Of a stretch of 64,000 nt of DNA, positions 10,184 through 22,200 are shown one piece after another. A model generated the notes under the pieces. It was not told the origin of the DNA. It saw nothing but the letters and a program-made list of their open reading frames with translations, and did not search any database. The position numbers were made by a program, and so were the translations under genes. Origin of the DNA: an uncultured Gammaproteobacteria bacterium (GTDB taxonomy: Bacteria > Pseudomonadota > Gammaproteobacteria > JACCXJ01); NCBI GenBank assembly GCA_963764725.1, contig CAVXTM010000016.1, positions 256,001 to 320,000 on the forward strand, read 5' to 3'. Position 1 is the first letter of the stretch. Each line of letters starts with the position of its first letter.

Positions 10184-11097
10184 ACCTTGATGCCCGGCAT
10201 CGCTTTACTCCTTCGTTCAAGACCATACCGTCCGGCCCAATCGCGGGCGAATTGATAACCGGCGCGCCCGCTCCTCGAACCGCGCAGCAGAGCCCACCGC
10301 AAGGCCTCCTGCCGAACCAGCTCGTGGTCCGTGACCTCGGCTCCGTAGCGCGCCAGCCAATAGAACACAATTTTAAGGTATTCCTCTTGCTGAAAAGGAT
10401 GGAACGCCAACCATAATCCGAATCGTTCCGAGAGCGCTATTTTTTGCTCTACTCCTTCCGTCTGATGAATCTCGCCCGCGACGTTATGGGCACTTAGATT
10501 CTCATCCAAGTATTCCGGCATTAAGTGCCGGCGATTGGAGGTGGCATAGATTAACGCATTGTCTGGAACACTACTCATCGATCCATCAATAGCTATCTTA
10601 AGGGTTTTATAGACAGAGTCGTTGGCTTCGAAGGAGAGGTCGTCGCAATATAAGATAAACCTCTCCGGACGATTGAAAATCCGATCATAGATCCGCGGTA
10701 AATCGTCGAGGTCGTGGTTGCCGATCTCGATTAATCGCAGTCCCTTGGACTCGAAAGCATTGAACACCGCTTTAATCAACGACGACTTGCCCGTGCCGCG
10801 CGGGCCCCAAAGCAAGGTGTGATTCGCCGGGAGGTGATCGATAAATTGCCGTGTGTTGCGTTCGATCTCGGTCTTCTGCCGATCGATGCATTGCAGGTCA
10901 TCAAGCCGCACCGAGGAGGCATACCGAACGGCGCTCACAATCCCCCTCGCGCCGAGCTTCCGCCAATGAAACGCCGTGGCGTGATCCCACGCTGTCTCCT
11001 CGGGATCGGCCGGGATGAGCTTTTCGAGCCGCGCGAGGATCCGTTCGGCGCGCCCAAGGACGTTCTCGAAGTCTGGCTGTGGCGAGGATGAGTGCAT
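10180..11097 (-). CDS. DUF815-family AAA+ ATP-binding protein
   Basis: LLWGPRGTGKSS, CDDLSF, YATSNRRHL, LSERFGLW, GSRSGRAG. Start placed at ATG 11097. Confidence 0.88.
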   Translation of the reverse strand: MHSSSPQPDFENVLGRAERILARLEKLIPADPEETAWDHATAFHWRKLGARGIVSAVRYASSVRLDDLQCIDRQKTEIERNTRQFIDHLPANHTLLWGPRGTGKSSLIKAVFNAFESKGLRLIEIGNHDLDDLPRIYDRIFNRPERFILYCDDLSFEANDSVYKTLKIAIDGSMSSVPDNALIYATSNRRHLMPEYLDENLSAHNVAGEIHQTEGVEQKIALSERFGLWLAFHPFQQEEYLKIVFYWLARYGAEVTDHELVRQEALRWALLRGSRSGRAGYQFARDWAGRYGLERRSKAMPGIKV

Positions 11098-11170
11098 CGA
11101 ATGAATGACCCGCTCCGCACGCGGTGTTTGGATGTATCGGCAGGTTGCTTTTGTTAATGCGGGACGTATC

Positions 11171-13234
11171 CTAACAGACCGCCCGGAGCGCGGAAACCAC
11201 ATCCAGGCGGGCGCGGTTCGATGCAAACGATACGTTGTCGATGAATCTTTCCATCGCGCCGGTGGCGGCATTCTCACCCGGACTCGAAACCAGGCAAACC
11301 TTGATTTCGGGCCAGCTCGCATCACCGGACGCTGAACACGCACGCAGGTATTCACGCAGACTATCGAACAGCGCTTTGCCTTGGCGCTGCTCGTCTACAT
11401 AATGATGACAGTACAACTCACCCCAACTCGTAGCGAATACGAGATCGACGGATTCCGGGCCGTGGATTTTGAGGCGCTCTAAATCGTCCGGTCTTTCATG
11501 TGGCAACGCCCGCCCCGGTTCAAGAAAAAAAACAGCACGCGTCACGCGCGGGTTTTCGCGCGCGTCGCCTTCCTCATCGCCATGACAATCAGTGATCGAA
11601 AAATACTTGCCGAGGATTTGTCGAATGGCTTCTACGCGCTGTAACGCGGATTGCGGGTCCGGCGCGACCACGGAGATCTCGGTCTCCGCATCCATGATGC
11701 CGTTGAAGTGGCTCCAGGCGAGTATCTCCACTAACCCCGAAGTGGTTTTGATGGATGTAGCGTCACCGCTCCCGGCCGGCGCACCTCGGAGCAGCGCCCA
11801 TTCGCGCGTATTCTCCCCCGCACGCGCATGCAAGCAGATGTGCCGTTCGCGCAGGTCAGCGCCGGTACCGCGATTGAAGATATCGAGCTTGTTGGCCGTC
11901 CGATCATAGGCCCCATGAAAGCGTTTGCTCAACACCGCTAGGTCGCGCCGCGCGATACCAGCGCCTCCGGCATAAGGCCGCGCGAATTCCGCTAAGACGG
12001 TAAAGCTCGTTGCAAGCGCCTTGAACAACTCGCGCCGTTCGCCGTATATCGTGTCGAGGGAAACGTTATCCCGGTCGCAAAGCCGGCTTACCTGGTCTCC
12101 GTCCCACCCCCATGCGCTGAAGAGGGTCTCGAGACAGCGGCGGCGCCAGCCGCCGACATTCCGTGGGCTCCATGCATCCGCTACTTTCAAGCACATACAA
12201 CGGCGCGCAACCTCCAACCGCTGCCAGTCCTGCCGCTCCATCAAATACCCCTCCACGCGCCGGTACATAAAAAGATAGGGATCTAAGGTGTCCAGATCGA
12301 TCGTCCCGGCGCAAACGGCCCGTTTGTATCGCAGGCTCAGCAAATCATAGGACGGAAAACTGCTCACGTAAGCCTCAAGCAGCAATAGCTTGAGGATGGA
12401 CTTGTAAGGCGAGGTTAGGCTCTTGTACAACTGCCATAGCGTCGCGCCCGAAAATTCCGCGGCGGGAATTTGCGCAACGCTTCCGAAATCCACGTATTGG
12501 CCGCGGCGTTCCGGCGATTGCAGGTATATTCTTTCGATGCAGCGCGCATAATCGCCTTGCTCATCGAGCGGCGTCAACCACCAAACGGGCGATAATCCGG
12601 CCGCGATGACGGCCGAACGGTAAAATTCATCCAGTAGCAAATAGCGTTGCGTGCTGCCGCTGCTGTCAGTGGAAAGCTGCGGACGCTCACCGCCGCGGAA
12701 CCGATCGGGGGAAAAAACGAAGAAGTGAGCGTCGAGACCGAGTTGTTTGGCCCATCGCGAGACGGACTGGGCTTTCCGGAGCAGTTGTTCCACGCGCGGC
12801 TCATCGAGATCGGGAGCATGGCAGATCCAGATATCAAAATCACTGTGCATGGAATGGGCGATCGTACCCGTGCTCCCCAATAGGTAGATTCCGACAATGT
12901 CGAGGGATCCCATGAACACCGGGCGGATGTGATCCGCGCCGGTCATTTGCTCCGCGATGTCGAGCGCAATCCAGGTGGGAGTATATTCACGGATACCCGC
13001 GGGCGTCTGCTTGCTCACAAACCCGGGCAATGCCGGATCATTGAGGTGAAACAACACCGGGAGGGTGTCCACGAAGCGGCTCTGCTCGGGCGACAACAGC
13101 TCTCGAATACGCAGTAAGCGGGCGCGGTTAATCGCAAGGAAGCGCCCCTCGACCGATAAATCCACGGCGGCCGGGGGAGGATGGGACCTGCTGGGCATGG
13201 CAATACATAGCGGCGCGGTCCTCGAAACTTTCAT
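11171..13234 (-). CDS. cyaA: Class I adenylate cyclase
   Basis: LFHLNDP.LPGFV, GIYLLGSTGTIAHSMHSDFDIWICH, LLLDEFYRS, WQLYKSLTSPYKSILK. Confidence 0.9.
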   Translation of the reverse strand: MKVSRTAPLCIAMPSRSHPPPAAVDLSVEGRFLAINRARLLRIRELLSPEQSRFVDTLPVLFHLNDPALPGFVSKQTPAGIREYTPTWIALDIAEQMTGADHIRPVFMGSLDIVGIYLLGSTGTIAHSMHSDFDIWICHAPDLDEPRVEQLLRKAQSVSRWAKQLGLDAHFFVFSPDRFRGGERPQLSTDSSGSTQRYLLLDEFYRSAVIAAGLSPVWWLTPLDEQGDYARCIERIYLQSPERRGQYVDFGSVAQIPAAEFSGATLWQLYKSLTSPYKSILKLLLLEAYVSSFPSYDLLSLRYKRAVCAGTIDLDTLDPYLFMYRRVEGYLMERQDWQRLEVARRCMCLKVADAWSPRNVGGWRRRCLETLFSAWGWDGDQVSRLCDRDNVSLDTIYGERRELFKALATSFTVLAEFARPYAGGAGIARRDLAVLSKRFHGAYDRTANKLDIFNRGTGADLRERHICLHARAGENTREWALLRGAPAGSGDATSIKTTSGLVEILAWSHFNGIMDAETEISVVAPDPQSALQRVEAIRQILGKYFSITDCHGDEEGDARENPRVTRAVFFLEPGRALPHERPDDLERLKIHGPESVDLVFATSWGELYCHHYVDEQRQGKALFDSLREYLRACSASGDASWPEIKVCLVSSPGENAATGAMERFIDNVSFASNRARLDVVSALRAVC

Positions 13235-13282
13235 CGCTCGCCCGGCTAAGCATGGCGGCGCACCCGAGCCGGCCGCCGAGGG

Positions 13283-13840
13283 TCACCACCACCCGTTATA
13301 GATCCCGAAGCGGAAGCGATTCCAGTACGGATAATAGGGATAGTACGGGTAATAGAATGGATCGTAATAATAAGGTCGATTACGCCACTGCTCCCCGTAG
13401 TCCGGCCAAAGAAACACCTTTTGTGCGCGAACCATCGGGTAGGTGTACGGGCGTTCGCCGATAGCGCGGTTCACGGGAGGCTCCAACACGCCGTAGACCG
13501 TCACCTGGCGCCCGGCGCGGTAGACCGCCGGATCGAGAAAACGTCCCGCGCTTGCCAGGAATCGCCCAAACGATTGGTCGGTCCCCTGCGGACGGCCCTC
13601 CTCATCCAATTCCTGATTCAGGATCTCGATCCAGGTATCATTGGATTTATTCTCGACGGCGACAATCGCTCCGCCCCATCGAATAGGCTTGCCCACGTAG
13701 AGCTTGGGATCGGCCTGCACCTCGACGGCGCTCAAAAGCGGGAACGCCGGCTGGCGGATCTCGAGCGGAACACTGCTCTGACACGCGCTCAGCAGCACCG
13801 GAACTAGAGAATACAGAGGTATCATTCGCATGGGCAGCAC
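13283..13840 (-). CDS. Slp family outer-membrane lipoprotein
   Basis: Lipobox LLSAC, RWGGAIV, GRFLA...FLDPAVY..GRQVTV.G, Tyr/Pro-rich tail. Confidence 0.88.
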   Translation of the reverse strand: MLPMRMIPLYSLVPVLLSACQSSVPLEIRQPAFPLLSAVEVQADPKLYVGKPIRWGGAIVAVENKSNDTWIEILNQELDEEGRPQGTDQSFGRFLASAGRFLDPAVYRAGRQVTVYGVLEPPVNRAIGERPYTYPMVRAQKVFLWPDYGEQWRNRPYYYDPFYYPYYPYYPYWNRFRFGIYNGWW

Positions 13841-13950
13841 CTATCAAGATCTGGAAGGCTAACCGATTTTTCGACTGGCTTGGTAGTATTTTAGTTCGAT
13901 GCGGCGAAACATGCTTCCGAACAATAATCGAACACCGGGAACGTCCGTTA

Positions 13951-14118
13951 ATGAAAAAATGGCAGTGCATTGTTTGTGGCTTTATCTACGATGAGGCGAA
14001 AGGTTTACCCGAGGGCGGCATCGCGCCCGGCACGCGCTGGAAGGACATACCCGATACCTGGGTTTGCCCGGATTGCGGCGCCGCCAAATCGGACTTCGAG
14101 ATGGTAGAAGCCGCCTGA
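13951..14118 (+). CDS. rubA: Rubredoxin (55 aa; absent from the ORF track)
   Basis: Translated by hand: [55 protein letters not shown], with two CxxCG motifs. Confidence 0.97.
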   Translation: MKKWQCIVCGFIYDEAKGLPEGGIAPGTRWKDIPDTWVCPDCGAAKSDFEMVEAA

Positions 14119-14127
14119 GAGCCCTCG

Positions 14128-15285
14128 ATGAAACCGCTCGTGATCATCGGAACCGGTCTCGGCGGCTATTCGCTTGCCCGTGAGGTTCGCAAGCTGGATC
14201 CGAATCTAGCGCTTGTCCTCATCAGCGCCGATGACGGCCGCTATTATTCCAAACCCATGTTATCGAACGCCTACACCAGCGGCAAGACCCCCGAGACTAT
14301 CGCCAACGCCGACGCGACGACGATGGCCAAGCAATTGAACGCCGAAGTGCGCCCCTGGACGACTGTAACGGCAGTCGATCCGGTTGCCCACACTGTCAGC
14401 ACCGGCGCTCAAGCTCTTGAATACCACAAGCTCGTTTTAGCCCTAGGCGCCGATCCGATTCGGCTCGCCGTCTCGGGAACCGCCCAAGACCGAATCATGT
14501 CCGTCAACGATCTCATCGACTACACCAAGTTTCGTACTGCGGTTCAAGGTGCGCGGCGGGTTGCGATCATGGGTGCGGGATTGATCGGGTGTGAGTTCGC
14601 CAATGATATTCGCCAGGGCGGAATCACGGCAGAGGTGATCGATCCCGCACCCTATCCGCTAAGCCGGTTTCTACCCGCAGCCGCGGGCCGCACGCTACAA
14701 AAAGCTCTCACCGATGCCTTGGGCGTTGCTTGGCATTTGGGTCCGATCGTTACCTCGATTGATCACGCCGCGGAAACGCTCGCGGTGACGCTCTCCGATC
14801 ATCGGGTCCTCAGTGTCGATGCGGTCCTGTCATCGGTCGGCTTGCGGCCGCGTACGGGCCTGGCCGAACGCGCCGGAATCGCGGTCAAGCGAGGCATCGT
14901 CGTCGATCGCTGCCTTGCCACCAACGCACCCGACGTTTACGCCCTCGGTGATTGCGCCGAGGTCGAGGGATTGGTCCTGCCCTTCGTTATGCCCATCATG
15001 CATGCCGCGCGCGCATTGGCCAGGACGCTCTGCGGTGAACCCACACGGCTCACCTATCCGGCAATGCCAATTGTCGTTAAAACCACGGCCTATCCGGTGG
15101 TGGTCGCGCCGCCTGCCGCGGAAGTAGACGGCGTCTGGCAGGTTGAGGATCTGGCAAGCGGCTTGCGCGCCCTATTTCATGGAGCGGATGGATCCTTGGC
15201 CGGCTTTGCCCTCACCGGCACCGCCGTCTCCGAGAAAAATAGCTTGGCCAAGGAACTGCCCCCTGTGCTTGGCGAAATCCCCTGA
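14128..15285 (+). CDS. rubB: Rubredoxin-NAD(+) reductase
   Basis: GTGLGG FAD motif, YSKPMLS, GAGLIGCEFANDI, YALGDCAE. Directly after rubredoxin. Confidence 0.9.
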   Translation: MKPLVIIGTGLGGYSLAREVRKLDPNLALVLISADDGRYYSKPMLSNAYTSGKTPETIANADATTMAKQLNAEVRPWTTVTAVDPVAHTVSTGAQALEYHKLVLALGADPIRLAVSGTAQDRIMSVNDLIDYTKFRTAVQGARRVAIMGAGLIGCEFANDIRQGGITAEVIDPAPYPLSRFLPAAAGRTLQKALTDALGVAWHLGPIVTSIDHAAETLAVTLSDHRVLSVDAVLSSVGLRPRTGLAERAGIAVKRGIVVDRCLATNAPDVYALGDCAEVEGLVLPFVMPIMHAARALARTLCGEPTRLTYPAMPIVVKTTAYPVVVAPPAAEVDGVWQVEDLASGLRALFHGADGSLAGFALTGTAVSEKNSLAKELPPVLGEIP

Positions 15286-15355
15286 GATGATGTGACTAAA
15301 TCGTCGCGAGCAGCCCCGAGCGTTAGGAGCCGCGGTGCGAGCAACGAGACATATC
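15282..15355 (+). repeat. Partial copy of the MITE-like repeat (cf. 43504..43654)
   Basis: GAGCAGCCCCGAGCGTTAGGAGCCGCGGTGCGAGCAACGAGACATATC aligns with the reverse complement of the right part of the 43.5-kb element. It begins on the rubB TGA. Confidence 0.8.
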
Positions 15356-15387
15356 ATAGTTAGCCCTCCTGAGAAACGCGGAGTCAC

Positions 15388-17380
15388 ATGGAACAGGGGC
15401 AACTCAACTGGATCGCCAACTTCATCTGGGGCATCGCCGACGACGTGCTCCGCGACCTCTACGTCCGCGGCAAGTACCGCGACGTCATCCTGCCGATGAC
15501 CGTGCTGCGCCGGCTCGACGCCGTGCTCGAACCGACCAAGCAGGCGGTGCTCGACATGAAGGCGTCGCTCGACAAGGCGGGCATCGCCAACCAGGACCAG
15601 GCCGCTGCGCCAGGCGGCCGGGCAGGCCTTCTACAACACCTCGAAGTTCACGCTGCGCGATCTGCGGCCCGCGCCAGCCAGCAGCAGCTCAAGGCCGACT
15701 TCGAGGCCTACCTGGACGGCTTCTCGCCCAACGTGCAGGAGATCCTCGACAACTTCGAGTTCCGCAACCAGATCCCGCGCCTCTCGAAGGCCGACGCGCT
15801 CGGCACGCTGATCGAGAAGTGCTCTCGACCGGACATCAACCTGAGCCCCAAGCCGGTGCTGAACGGCGACGGCTCGGTGAAGCACCCCGGCCTCGACAAC
15901 CACGCGCATGGGAACGATCTTCGAGGAGCTCGTCCGCCGCTTCAACGAGGAGAACAACGAGGAGGCCGGCGAGCACTGGACGCCGCGCGACGCCGTGAAG
16001 CTCATGGCGAAGCTGATCTTCCTGCCGATCGCCGACCAGATCGAGTCCGGCACCTATCTGCTCTACGACGGCGCCTGCGGCACCGGCGGCATGCTGACCG
16101 TCGCCGAGGAGACGCTGCAGCAGCTCGCCGAGGAGCACGGCAAGCAGGTCGCCACGCACCTCTACGGCCAGGAGATCAACGCCGAGACCTACGCCATCTG
16201 CAAGGCCGACCTGCTGCTCAAGGGCGAGGGCGAGGCGGCGGACAACATCGTCGGCGGGCCGGAGCACTCGACGCTCTCGAACGACGCCTTCCCCTCGCGC
16301 GAGTTCGACTTCATGCTCTCGAATCCGCCCTACGGCAAGAGCTGGAAGAGTGACCTGGAGCGGATGGGCGGCAAGGAGGGCATCAAGGACCCGCGCTTCG
16401 TCATCGAGCACGCCGGCGACCCCGAGTACTCGCTCATCACCCGCTCCAGCGACGGCCAGATGCTGTTCCTGGCCAACATGCTCTCGAAGATGAAGCACGG
16501 CACGAAGCTCGGCAGCCGCATCGCCGAGGTGCACAACGGCTCGCTCGCTCTTCACCGGCGACGCCGGCCAGGGCGAGAGCAACATCCGCCGCTGGATCAT
16601 CGAGAACGACTGGCTCGAGGCCATCGTCGCCCTGCCGCTCAACATGTTCTACAACACCGGCATCGCGACCTACATCTGGGTGCTCACCAACCGCAAGCCC
16701 GACGCACCGCGCGCGGCAAGGTGCAGCTCATCGACGCGACGCAGTGGTTCAAGCCGCTGCGCAAGAACCTCGGCAAGAAGAACTGCGAGCTGTCGGACGA
16801 GGACATCCAGCGCATCTGCGACACGCTTCCTCACGTTCGAGGAGACCGAGCAGTCGAAGATCTTCCCGAACGCCGCCTTCGGCTACTGGAAGGTGACCGT
16901 CGAGCGACCGCTGCGCCTCAAGGGCATCGACCCGGACCGCGCCTACACGCCGAAGGAGATCAAGGCGCTCGAAGGAGACCGGCCGCGCGTCGCCGAGGCA
17001 CGCTCCGCCGGTCATCAGGAAGATCCACAAGACGGGCACGGCGCCCGACCCCTGCGCGGCCTGTTTCGAGGCGACGATCGGCGGCAAGCCCGTGCGTCGT
17101 CGAGTACGAGCCCGACACCGACCTGCGCGACACCGAGCAGGTGCCGCTGCTGGAGGAAGGCGGCATCGAAGCCTTCCTGCGCCGCGAGGTGCTGCCGCAC
17201 GCCGCCGACGCCTGGTATGTCCCGGACAGCGTCAAGACCGGCTACGAGATCAGCTTCACGCGCTACTTCTACAAGCCGCAGCCGCTGCGCACGCTGGAGG
17301 AGATCCGCGCCGACATCCTCGCGCTGGAGAAGGAGACCGAGGGGCTGCTCGGCGAGATCATCGGAAGCGGCGGGCGATGA
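15388..17380 (+). pseudogene. hsdM: Type I R-M methyltransferase HsdM, multiply frameshifted
   Basis: [68 protein letters not shown] spread over several frames. Confidence 0.92.
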
Positions 17381-17829
17381 GCGTGCTTTTCGACCCTGAA
17401 GGCCAGCATCGGCGCTCGCTACGCCTTCAGGGATACGATTACACACAGGCGGGGGCGTACTTCGTGACCATCGTTAGCCAAGATCGTGCCTGCCTGTTGA
17501 CAACCGTTGCCTATACGCACGGGGTCAAAACGCAGCGATGGCCGCCGTTTCGCGGGCGATTGTGGCAGCGCAATTATTTCGAACACATCGTTCGCAACGA
17601 GGATTCCCTGCACCGCATCCGGCAATACATCGCGGACAACCCTGCCCGGTGGACGGACGACCCCGAAAAGCCGCAGCGAATTGTAGGGGCGGTCCCTGGT
17701 GGCCGCCCTGATGCGGAACAGATATTTTGCGGTGCCGGTGCGAACCCGGATTCCGATGATCGCGGACAATCCCATGACGAGGAAGGGCACCCACAAGGGG
17801 TGCCCCTACACGGGGATGAATTACAATGA
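17377..17829 (+). CDS. REP-associated tyrosine transposase (RAYT/Y1)-like protein with in-frame deletion of the HUH region
   Basis: [12 protein letters not shown]...GAYFVTI...DRACL joined directly to TT...[21 protein letters not shown]...[12 protein letters not shown]. No MPNHxH motif. ATGA overlaps with both hsdM and hsdS. Confidence 0.85.
   Translation: MSVLFDPEGQHRRSLRLQGYDYTQAGAYFVTIVSQDRACLLTTVAYTHGVKTQRWPPFRGRLWQRNYFEHIVRNEDSLHRIRQYIADNPARWTDDPEKPQRIVGAVPGGRPDAEQIFCGAGANPDSDDRGQSHDEEGHPQGVPLHGDELQ
17683..17809. repeat. Inverted pair of GTAG-type REP palindromes
   Basis: GTAGGGGCGGTCCCTGGTGGCCGCCC at 17683..17708 (+) and GTAGGGGCACCCCTTGTGGGTGCCC at 17785..17809 (-). Confidence 0.85.
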
Positions 17830-19273
17830 TCGACGGCCTCAAGCCCTATCCTGCGTACAAGGATTCGGGGGTGCCGTGGTTGGAAAGGGTGCCAGGCGGT
17901 TGGCGGCTGCTACGCGGCAAGAATGTCTTCCGCGTGATGGATGTTCGGTCAGAGAGGGGCGAAGAAGAGCTGCTCACGGTGTCTTCCAAGGACGGAGTGG
18001 TGCCCCGCAGTCAGAAGGCGGTGACGATGTTCAAGGCAGAGTCCTACGTCGGACTACAAGCTCTGTTGGCCCGGCGACCTTGTGATCAATAGTCTCTGGG
18101 CTTGGATGCAAGGCCTCGGGTTTGCCCGCGATCATGGATTGGTGAGTTCTGCGTACAGCGTATACCGACCGCGCCCAGAGTTCCGCGATTATGCAAGCTA
18201 CTTCCACCACATGCTTCGGTCTGCCCCGTACAAGTGGGAGTTGCAGACTCGCTCCAAGGGCGTCTGGTTGTCGCGCTTACAGCTTTCGGATGCGGCATTC
18301 CTTGACATGCCGATTCTTGTTCCTCCGCCTGATGAACAATCCGCCATCGTCCGCTTCCTCGACCACGCGGACCGGCGGATCCGGCGCTACATCCGCGCCA
18401 AGCAGAAGCTGATCAAGCTGCTGGAGGAGCAGAAGCAGGCCATCATCCACCGCGCCGTCACCCGCGGCCTCGACCCCAACGTCCGCCTCAAGCCCTCCGG
18501 CGTGGAGTGGCTCGGGGATGTGCCGGAGCATTGGGAGGTGCTGCCGCTCAAGCGAGCATTCGTCTCGATGGAGTACGTGGATCTCAGAGTCCGCGAGTCG
18601 ACACCGGCACGATCCGTCTCTTGACAATGGCGAACATCCAGAGTGACGGCGAGTAACAATCGCCTAGGATGCGGTCGAGTGTCGCTGACGAGTCGATGCG
18701 TCGCTGCTTCTGGACGCTGGCGATGCTCCTGTTTGATCGGACAGACAGCACCGAACTCGTTGGCAAGGTCGGATCGTTTGCGGGAGCTGACGCGCCTGTG
18801 ACTTCTGCTTCCTGATCATGTTCGGATGCGTCCGTGCGCAGAGCACGAACCGGAATACCTGAGCGCTATCCTCAACGCTGTCTCAGTGCTATCGACAGCC
18901 CGTCGCGATGCGCCAGTACCGAGCCTTCACGCAGTCGAACCTCAATGCCGACGAGATATCGGAAGACTGTCAAGTGTCTGTTACCGCCTCTCGACGAGCA
19001 ACGAGCAATCGTTCGAAGGCTCGAGGTCAGAGACTGCTGATCTCGAAAGGGCGATCGCCGCAGCCGCAGCGCGAAATCTCCCTCCTCCGCGAGTACCGCA
19101 CCCGCCTGATCGCCGACGTGGTCACCGGCAAGCTCGACGTGCGCGAGGCGGCGGCGCGGCTGCCGGACGAGGTCGAAGAGCCCGAGCCGCTCGACGAGGC
19201 CGAGGCTCGACGAGCGACGCGGAAGAAGCAGCCGACGATCGTCGACGCCGCACCCGAGGAGGCCGAGGCGTGA
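17826..19273 (+). pseudogene. hsdS: Type I R-M specificity subunit HsdS, frameshifted, second TRD scrambled
   Basis: LKPYPAYKDSGVPWL, PPPDEQSAIVRFLD...LKPSGVEWLGDVPEHW, EISLLREYRTRLIADVVTGKLDVR. Confidence 0.9.
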
Positions 19274-22200
19274 CCACCGACACCAGCGAACGCGGCCTCG
19301 AAGAGCCTGATCGTGCGCGGCGCTGACCGGCGCGCCGGCGATCCGTGCGCCGCTCGGCGCACGTCGCGACGCGAGCCGCCGCGCCGCTACGGCGGCACCG
19401 GCTGGCTCTGCGGCGACGCCGAGGACTACGACCGCGAGTACTGCGTCGACCTCGTCGCAGCTTCGCGCCTTCCTGCGGGCGACGCAGCCGGACGTCGCCG
19501 ACGCGCTCGACCTCGGCCAGGACGGCCCGACGCGGCGCAAGTTCCTCGCCCGCCTGCAGGGCGAGATCACCAAGCGCGGCACGATCGACGTGCTGCGCCA
19601 CGGGATCAAGCACGGGCCGCACCACCTCGACCTGTTCTACGGCACGCCCTCGCCCGGCAACGCGAAGGCCGCCGAGCGCTACGCGGCCGAACCGCTTCAG
19701 CGTCACGCGCCAGCTCCGCTACAGCCGCGACGAGACGCAGCGCGCGCTCGACCTCGGCCTCTTCATCAACGGCCTGCCGGTCGCCACCTTCGAGCTGAAG
19801 AACAGCCTGACCAAGCAGACGGTCGACGACGCCGTCGAGCAGTACAAGCGCGACCGCGACCCGCGCGAGCAGCTCTTCGAGTTCGGCCGCTGCGTCGTGC
19901 ACTTCGCCGTGGACGACCACGAGGTGCGCTTCTGCACGCACCTGAAGGGCAAGGCGCTCGTGGTTCCTGCCCTTCAACCAGGGCTGGAACGACGGCGCCG
20001 GCAACCCGCCGAACCCGGACGGCCTCAAGACCGACTACCTCTGGAAGCGCATCCTGACCCGCGAGGGCCTGACCGACATCCTCGAGAACTACGCCCAGGT
20101 CGTCGAGACGAAGGACGCGAAGACCGGCAAGAAGAAGCCGGTGCAGATCTGGCCGCGCTACCACCAGCTCGACGTGGTGCGCAAGCTCCTGGCCGACGCG
20201 CGGCCAGCACGGCGCGGGCAGGCGCTACCTGATCCAGCACTCGGCCGGCAGCGGCAAGTCGAACTCCATCGCCTGGCTCGCCCACCAGCTCATCGGCCTG
20301 ACGCAAGGACGACGCGCCGGTCTTCGACTCGATCATCGTCGTCACCGACCGGCGCATCCTCGACCAGCAGATCCGCGACACGATCAAGCAGTTCGCCCAG
20401 GTCGGCGCGACCGTCGGCCACGCCGAGCACTCGGGCGACCTGCGCAAGTTCATCGCCGAGCGGCAAGAAGATCATCATCTCGACGGTGCAGAAGTTCCCG
20501 TTCATCCTCGACGAGATCGGCAACGAGCACCGCGGGCGGCGCTTCGCGATCATCATCGACGAGGCGCACTCGAGCCAGGGCGGGCAGGACCTCGGCGGCG
20601 CTCTCGATGGCGCTGTCGGCGGCCGGCGCCGAGGAGGACGACGAGACCCTCGAGGACCAGATCAACCGGCTGATGGAGGCGCAAGAAGCTGCTGCCGAAC
20701 GCCAGCTACTTCGCCTTCACCGCCACGCCCAAGAACAAGACGCTGGAGATCTTCGGCGAGCCGTATCCGCAGGCGGACGGCACGACGAAGCACCGGCCCT
20801 TCCACAGCTACACGATGAAGCAGGCGATCCAGGAGGGCTTCATCCTGGACGTGCTCAAGCACTACACGCCGGTCGAGAGCTACTACAAGCTGGTGAAGAC
20901 GGTCGAGGGCGATCCGGAGTTCGACACCAAGCGGGCGAAGAAGAAGCTGCGCCGCTACGTCGAGAGCCACGACCACGCGATCCGGCTCAAGGCCGAGATC
21001 ATGGTGGACCACTTCCACGAGCAGGTGCTGGCGCTCAACAAGATCGGCGGCGCAGGCGCGGGCGATGGTGGTGACGAGCGGCATCGAGCGGGCCATCCAG
21101 TACTTCCACGCCATCCGCGACTACCTGGCCGAGCGCAAGAGCCCGCTACCAGGCCATCGTCGCCTTCTCGGGCGAGCACGAGTACGGCGGCGCGAAGGTG
21201 ACCGAGGCGTCGCTCAACGGCTTCCCGTCGAGCCAGATCGCCGACAAGATCCAGGAGGACCCGTACCGCTTCCTGATCTGCGCCGACAAGTTCCAGACCG
21301 GCTACGACGAGCCGCTGCTGCACACGATGTACGTGGACAAGGTGCTCTCCGGCATCAAGGCGGTGCAGACGCTCTCGCGCCTCAACCGCGCGCACCCGCA
21401 GAAGCACGACGTCTTCGTGCTCGACTTCATGAACGACGTCGGACACGATCCAGGAGGCGTTCGCCGACTACTACCGCACGACGATCCTCAGCGAGGAGAC
21501 CGACCCGAACAAGCTGCACGACCTGAAGGCCGACGCTCGACGGCTACCAGGTCTACGCCGACGACGCAGATCGACGAGCTCGTCGCGCTGTACCTCGGCG
21601 GCGCCGACCGCGACAAGCTCGACCCGATCCTCGACGCCTGCGTCGCCGTCTACAAGGAGCAGCTCGACGAGGACGGCCAGGTCGACTTCAAGGGCAAGGC
21701 CAAGGCGTTCATCGCGCACCTACGGCTTCCTCGCCTCGATCCTGCCCTACACCAACGCCGAGTGGGAGAAGCTCTCGATCTTCCTGAACTTCCTCGATCC
21801 CGAAGCTGCCGGCGCCCGATCGAGGAGGACCTGTCGAAGGGCATCCTCGAAGCGATCGACATGGACAGCTACCGGGTCGAGAAGCAGGCGGCGGTGAAGA
21901 TCCAGCTCCCGGACGCGGACGCCGAGATCGAGCCGGTGCCGACGACCGGCGGCGGCCACAAGCCCGAGCCCGAGCTCGACCGGCTCTCGAACATCCTCAA
22001 GACCTTCAACGACCAGTTCGGCAACATCCCGTGGACCGACGCCGACCGCGTGCACAAGCTGATCACCGAGGACATCCCGGACCGCGTCGCCGCCGACACG
22101 GCCTACCAGAACGCCAAGCAGAACTCCGACAAGCAGAACGCCCGCATCGAGCACGACAAGGCGCTGGCGCGCGTGATGACGGCCGTGCTGAAGGACGACA

